Source of the DNA: an uncultured Clostridia bacterium
Lineage (GTDB): Bacteria > Bacillota > Clostridia > TANB77 > CAG-508
Direction of reading: 5' to 3'
Assembly: GCA_947627185.1 (NCBI GenBank)
Contig: CANQVF010000007.1
Coordinates: forward strand, 14,846-78,845
DNA length: 64,000 nucleotides
Part shown: one piece after another, positions 60,110-64,000 of the stretch
How positions within the stretch are numbered: the stretch's first letter is position 1
Layout: every line of letters begins with the position of its first letter
Position numbers and translations under genes: made by a program
Notes under the pieces: model-generated
Told to the model about the DNA's origin: nothing
Databases searched by the model: none
What the model saw: the letters and a program-made list of their open reading frames with translations, nothing else

Positions 60110-60949
60110 TTATTTTTTTCTTAAACTTTTATTATTCTCTTTTTCTAATTGTTTTAGGCTTTTTTTAGGTGTAGGTAAGTCTTCTGGCATAGTCCCACCA
60201 TTTTTAGCAATTACTTCTCTTATATTTTTACCAATATGATAATGTGTTTTATTAGCTTCTTTTTCACTCTTAACATTATCTTTCTTTAATTTTTGCTCTG
60301 TTTGAGAAATTCTAAATAAATTTGCAATAAGTTCATCACTTCCCATATTATCTAATATATCTTCTCTATATCTTAGTCCTTTTCTTTTAGCAATATCATC
60401 AGCTGTTTCTCCATTATATAAACCTTTATATCCAAAATTATGAAATATATCAAAATTTTTAACCCCTGCATTTTTAGCGGTTTGATTGAGTGAATAATTT
60501 CCCTTCCTTGTTAAGTTTCTTTGATAAAATCTCTTTTCATCTTCTGTTAATGAAGTATACTCTTTTTCGCTAATTTCTTGTTTTCTAGTTTGAACTGCAA
60601 AATATGTTTGAGCAAGAGCAATTACTTTTTTTCTACTATCTCCATTTTGTGCTATTAAATAGCAAGCATAACGAGTAAGTTCATAATCTTGTTGTTTTCT
60701 TATAGCTCCAGAGCCTATTTGAACCATTTTGTCGATGCCGACAAAATGGTCAGAACTATCAATTTCACTGTTTTCACAAGATGCTTTTGCCTTTTTTATT
60801 ACTCCTTCAAATTTTCTCCATTCAGAATAATTTAATACTTTTTGTAATTCCCTGGCATACCAAAATTCAACACCATTTTCATCAAAATGTTTAATATCTT
60901 CAAATGATTTATTATTTTTATTTATTTCTTTCACCAATATCATCTCCAT
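60110..60949 (-). CDS. dinD: DNA-damage-inducible protein D homolog
   Basis: 279 aa with long colinear matches to E. coli DinD as recalled: FEDIKHFDENGVEFWYARELQKVL, RYACYLIAQNGD, ALAQTYFAVQTRKQE, HNFGYKGLYNGETADDIAKRKGL, MGSDELIANLFRISQTEQKLKKDNV, GGTMPEDLPTP. Confidence 0.75.
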   Translation of the reverse strand: MEMILVKEINKNNKSFEDIKHFDENGVEFWYARELQKVLNYSEWRKFEGVIKKAKASCENSEIDSSDHFVGIDKMVQIGSGAIRKQQDYELTRYACYLIAQNGDSRKKVIALAQTYFAVQTRKQEISEKEYTSLTEDEKRFYQRNLTRKGNYSLNQTAKNAGVKNFDIFHNFGYKGLYNGETADDIAKRKGLRYREDILDNMGSDELIANLFRISQTEQKLKKDNVKSEKEANKTHYHIGKNIREVIAKNGGTMPEDLPTPKKSLKQLEKENNKSLRKK

Positions 60950-61234
60950 TGTAACATATTTTTATGCTTATAATTGTAAAACAGTTGTTTGTAATTGTCA
61001 ATGATATTTTAAATTTTTATATTATTAAAAAGTATAATTCTATATTTATCATCATTTGGATAAAAGGACTTTAACCTTGTCATAAGTCCTAACCCCTATG
61101 AGTTTTGACCAACAGTACAAAACTCGGGTGATAATATGATACATACTGAAAATAAAACTAATAAAAAAATACCATTCTTTTTCAGAATGATATTTATATC
61201 TATCTGTTTTATAAAGTTCGAACAGATACATTGT

Positions 61235-61246
61235 TGGTGCGGTAGA
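61235..61246. repeat. 12-nt copy of the tRNA-Leu 3' end (tggtgcggtaga), candidate attL core
   Basis: Identical to 63649..63660. Confidence 0.6.
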
Positions 61247-61287
61247 CATTAAGTGATGTAGTAATATCAATGCTTTTATGGATTTTA

Positions 61288-61319
61288 TCCGGTACAAGTC
61301 CGGTAATGCTTTACCGGAC
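61288..61319. repeat. arm-type repeats (G)TCCGGTAA x3 (two direct, one inverted) upstream of int
   Basis: tccggtaca / tccggtaatg / ttaccgga. Confidence 0.55.
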
Positions 61320-61359
61320 AAAAAGCAATAAATAATCTTAAATAATTATATAATGTAAT

Positions 61360-61398
61360 TTGACACTTACTCTCTTTTTTGCTATAATGAGAGTAAGT
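61360..61398 (+). promoter_or_regulatory. consensus sigma-A promoter (TTGACA-N17-TATAAT) of int, bracketed by a perfect 10-bp inverted repeat (ACTTACTCTC / GAGAGTAAGT) as a putative operator
   Basis: Read directly at 61360-61365, 61383-61388, and IR 61365-61374 / 61389-61398. Confidence 0.6.
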
Positions 61399-61416
61399 TA
61401 TTGTTAAGGAGTGTAA

Positions 61417-62817
61417 ATGAAAAAAGTAAAAGGAAACGGAACTATATATTATAATCATAATAAAAAGTTATGGGTTGCTGAATATTATATAGTTGAAAAT
61501 AATAAATCAACCAAAAAGTCCATTTATGGAAAAAGTAGAGATATTGTTTCTCAAAAATTAACAAGTATTATGTATGACTTTCACAATGATAATTTCATAA
61601 AAGAAAATGGTATGCCTTTGATTACATTATTAAAACAAATTCGTGAGGATAAATTTGCTGCAAATCTTATTTCTGAAAGTCATTATTCAAGACTTGAGTT
61701 TGTTATAAAAGAAATTGAAAATAGCGATATTGGAAATATGGATATTACAACTATAACAACAAGAGATTTACAAAACTATTTTAATTCTCTAATAAATAGA
61801 TATACTGACTCTACTATCAAAAAAGTTTGGGAATGTGTAAAACAAGGTTTTGAATTAGCAATAGATGAAAAGTATATTTTGGAAAATCCTTTTAGAAAAG
61901 TTTTAAAACCAAAATCAAGAAAAGATACAAAAGTTCTTGAAGCATTAACTATTGCAGAACATACAAAATTATCTAAATACTTACTAGAATCAAATTTAAG
62001 CCAAGAAAAATATAAAAATGTAATATTACTTCAACTATATGCAGGTTTACGTGTAGGAGAAGTTCTTGCTTTAACAAGAAATGATTTTAATTTTGATGCT
62101 AGAACAATTTATGTTAGAAAAACAGTTACTATTGATAAAAATGGAGATTTAACAATAAAACAAGGTGCAAAAACTTATGCTGGAAAAAGAGAAGTACCAC
62201 TTGATCCAATTTTAGATAAACCTTTAAGAGAACAATTTGAACATTTTGAACCTAATAGAAATGACTTATTATTTACTTTTGAGGGCAGAATTATAAAATC
62301 AAGTACAATAAATACAGTCTTAAAAAGAATTTGTAAACAATTAGATTTATCTAGTACAATTTCAAATCATACTTTAAGACATACTTTTGGAACTCGTTGT
62401 ATTGAAGCCGGTATACCACCTGTTGTTGTTCAAAGAATAATGGGACACAAAGATATTAAAGTAACTTTAAATACTTATACTTCTGTATTAAATAAATTCA
62501 AAGCAGAAGAATTCAACAAAGTTGCATTATATTATTTAGAACAAAATATTTGTGAACTACCAGAAGGTTCGACAGAAGATGTTAAAAATATAGTTAAATT
62601 ACAAACAAAAGATTATTCAGTACAAGAAGAACAAATTAAAAATAAAGAGACTAAAAAAATTACAGAAAGAGATATTTTAAACGCTTATCATTATCCAGAA
62701 GAATTACTTTTGTCTATATTAAAAATTTCAAAAGAACAATATGAGAAAGAAGAGGCAGAAGCTACGATATTACTTAAACAAATAATAGAAAAGAAAAAAG
62801 CAGAAGGAACATTGTAA
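61417..62817 (+). CDS. int: tyrosine-type site-specific integrase
   Basis: 466 aa. N-terminal AP2-like/SAM-like domains; catalytic motifs R...HTLRHTF...R..GHKDIKVTLNTYTSV (R-H-R-Y tyrosine recombinase). Confidence 0.85.
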   Translation: MKKVKGNGTIYYNHNKKLWVAEYYIVENNKSTKKSIYGKSRDIVSQKLTSIMYDFHNDNFIKENGMPLITLLKQIREDKFAANLISESHYSRLEFVIKEIENSDIGNMDITTITTRDLQNYFNSLINRYTDSTIKKVWECVKQGFELAIDEKYILENPFRKVLKPKSRKDTKVLEALTIAEHTKLSKYLLESNLSQEKYKNVILLQLYAGLRVGEVLALTRNDFNFDARTIYVRKTVTIDKNGDLTIKQGAKTYAGKREVPLDPILDKPLREQFEHFEPNRNDLLFTFEGRIIKSSTINTVLKRICKQLDLSSTISNHTLRHTFGTRCIEAGIPPVVVQRIMGHKDIKVTLNTYTSVLNKFKAEEFNKVALYYLEQNICELPEGSTEDVKNIVKLQTKDYSVQEEQIKNKETKKITERDILNAYHYPEELLLSILKISKEQYEKEEAEATILLKQIIEKKKAEGTL

Positions 62818-62903
62818 TCTATTGACTTTATTAAAAATTCATAGTAAAATAAAAATAGGAAATGGAGAAACCACAAGACGTGGTTTGCCAGTTAATATGT
62901 AAA

Positions 62904-62946
62904 AACACATCGAACGGACAAGTTACAGATGTGTTTTTTTATTGTT
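62904..62946. repeat. 43-nt hairpin/terminator repeat copy 2; bidirectional terminator between int and the small peptide gene
   Basis: aacacatcgaacggacaagttacagatgtgtttttttattgtt. Confidence 0.8.
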
Positions 62947-63056
62947 TATTTGCTTAAAATTATAACCAGTATAATTAAGGCAAACACTATAATAGTTTCA
63001 ACAATTAAGCCAATCAAAAGTAAGTAAATTATTGCTAACATACCAGCTTCTATCAT
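62946..63056 (-). CDS. 36-aa highly hydrophobic single-TM peptide, type I toxin-like
   Basis: Strong RBS gaggaggtggtgctATG; MIEAGMLAIIYLLLIGLIVETIIVFALIILVIILSK*. The 5'UTR (gtggtttgccac) and 3' region (ctggcaaaccacg) form an inverted repeat. Not in the ORF track. Confidence 0.45.
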   Translation of the reverse strand: MIEAGMLAIIYLLLIGLIVETIIVFALIILVIILSK

Positions 63057-63394
63057 AGCACCACCTCCTCACTCGCAACATAAAGTTACGGATTAAAAGT
63101 GGCAAACCACATCTGCTTATTCTCATTTCCTATGCAAACTAATATACAACATAATTTTTCAAAATACAAGAGAACATACAAAATTTTTCAAAATTATATA
63201 GTACTATTTATTGATACATTAAAATAAATGGTATTAAATAATTTTGAAAAATTATAAAAAAGATTATTAAGAAAAAAATATTTTTGTCTTAATCACACGA
63301 AACACTTTTTTAAAAAAAGTGTTCTAGTGTGTTATACAATAGATTCTTTTTTATACAATTAAATATATAAATTTATACTTATTTAGTCTTAAAT

Positions 63395-63481
63395 CCGGTA
63401 ATGTTTTTAACCTAATAATAAAAAATATTGATATTATGCGACTTTAAGCTTATTATTTAGTCCGGTAAAAGTCCGGTAAAG
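63395..63481. repeat. arm-type repeats TCCGGTAA(A/T)G x3 (direct) near the tRNA-proximal end of the element
   Basis: tccggtaatg (63395), tccggtaaaag (63461), tccggtaaag (63472). Confidence 0.55.
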
Positions 63482-63620
63482 TTTATAAAAATGAAAAATG
63501 TTGAAAAATGTTGAGTGGTTACAAATGCGTATTTCAATATGGTTTGAGAGATTTTGCAAAAAATGCTCAAATTCTGTAAGTCTTATGTAAAGTAACTTTG
63601 CAAACCCTACAGACAAAAGA

Positions 63621-63648
63621 AAAAGCAGATTTTTCAATCTGCTTTAAA
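63621..63648 (-). terminator. terminator downstream of tRNA-Leu
   Basis: aaagcagatttttcaatctgcttt hairpin, with a T-run on the minus strand. Confidence 0.65.
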
Positions 63649-63731
63649 TGGTGCGGTAGAGAGGACTTGAACCCCCACGGTCTCCCACTAGATCCTAAGT
63701 CTAGCGCGTCTGCCAGTTCCGCCACTACCGC
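63649..63731 (-). tRNA. tRNA-Leu (anticodon UAG), integration target
   Basis: Reverse complement GCGGTAGTGGCGGAACTGGCAGACGCGCTAGACTTAGGATCTAGTGGGAGACCGTGGGGGTTCAAGTCCTCTCTACCGCACCA. Anticodon loop CTTAGGA gives TAG; long variable arm typical of Leu. Confidence 0.8.
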
Positions 63732-63814
63732 ATAAAATATGTTGTCAATAAAAATCATTGACAACATTTATATTAGCATAAATAAGCTTATATTGTCAAG
63801 TCTTAAATTGCATA

Positions 63815-64000
63815 TTATTTAAATATTTCATAAAAGTTTTTAAATGTATAACCTTCATTTTTAAAATATTGAATAATTTCTGGAAGAGCATCTAAAGTTT
63901 GTTGTTTATCATTAGCATCATGCATAAGAAGAATTATACTATTTTGATTTCCTTTTGTATTTATCATCTCTTCTATACAAGCTTCTTTTGTTTTTTTATC
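63815..64000 (-). CDS. polysaccharide deacetylase (NodB-homology) family protein, C-terminal fragment; gene continues past the window end
   Basis: ...DKKTKEACIEEMINTKGNQNSIILLMHDANDKQQTLDALPEIIQYFKNEGYTFKNFYEIFK*; the IILLMHD motif is typical of NodB-domain deacetylases. Confidence 0.5.
   Translation of the reverse strand, partial: DKKTKEACIEEMINTKGNQNSIILLMHDANDKQQTLDALPEIIQYFKNEGYTFKNFYEIFK

Larger units (their letters stand above)
59948..61246. mobile_element. putative remnant integrative-element segment, bounded by tRNA-Leu 3'-end copies, carrying dinD
   Basis: Bounded by the tRNA 3'-end copy at 59982-59989 and the 12-nt copy at 61235-61246; contains only the dinD homolog. Confidence 0.35.
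61235..63660. mobile_element. small integrative element inserted at the 3' end of tRNA-Leu(UAG): tyrosine integrase, arm-type repeats at both ends, core repeat tggtgcggtaga
   Basis: 12-nt direct repeats at 61235 and 63649 (the latter is the real tRNA 3' end); int gene; TCCGGTAA arm-type repeats at 61288-61319 and 63395-63481. Confidence 0.55.

Noticed and set aside
61052-61321. 89-aa minus-strand ORF between dinD and int
   Set aside because: It lies across the att core copy (61235-61246) and the TCCGGTAA arm-type repeats. It has no RBS and an odd composition. More likely non-coding recombination-site DNA.
63434-63767. Two overlapping minus-strand ORFs (67 and 66 aa)
   Set aside because: They cover the tRNA-Leu gene, its terminator and the arm-type repeat region. 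The translations include tRNA sequence (…VAELADALDLGSSGRPWGFKSS…) and are not genes.

Overview
AT-rich (~25-28% GC) Firmicutes/Clostridia-type chromosomal segment, almost entirely encoded on the minus strand. Conserved housekeeping clusters: class A PBP (partial), folD, sortase with an LPEVG substrate, uppP, dpaA, polC-rseP-cdsA-uppS-frr-pyrH, greA, a complete spoIIIAA-AH sporulation operon, glycolytic gap-pgk-(NUDIX)-tpiA-gpmI, mreB and T-box-controlled ileS. Unusual content: an unannotated SCIFF (six-cysteine ranthipeptide) precursor with no adjacent radical-SAM maturase; a 1674-aa alpha-2-macroglobulin-like protein whose bait region is replaced by a polytopic membrane module; three paralogous large polytopic membrane proteins, one split by an in-frame amber codon and one sitting between an Ile T-box leader and ileS, plus a GtrB-like GT2; mtaB and a gltD-like gene disrupted by same-context +C frameshifts; a Spo0A C-domain paralog preceded by phased 0A-box-like repeats; and at the 3' end a small integrative element in tRNA-Leu with a tyrosine integrase, arm-type repeats, three copies of the tRNA 3' end, a dinD homolog and a type-I-toxin-like 36-aa hydrophobic peptide. 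No CRISPR arrays or rRNA genes were seen. All calls are from reading the sequence and ORF translations only; no database search was run.
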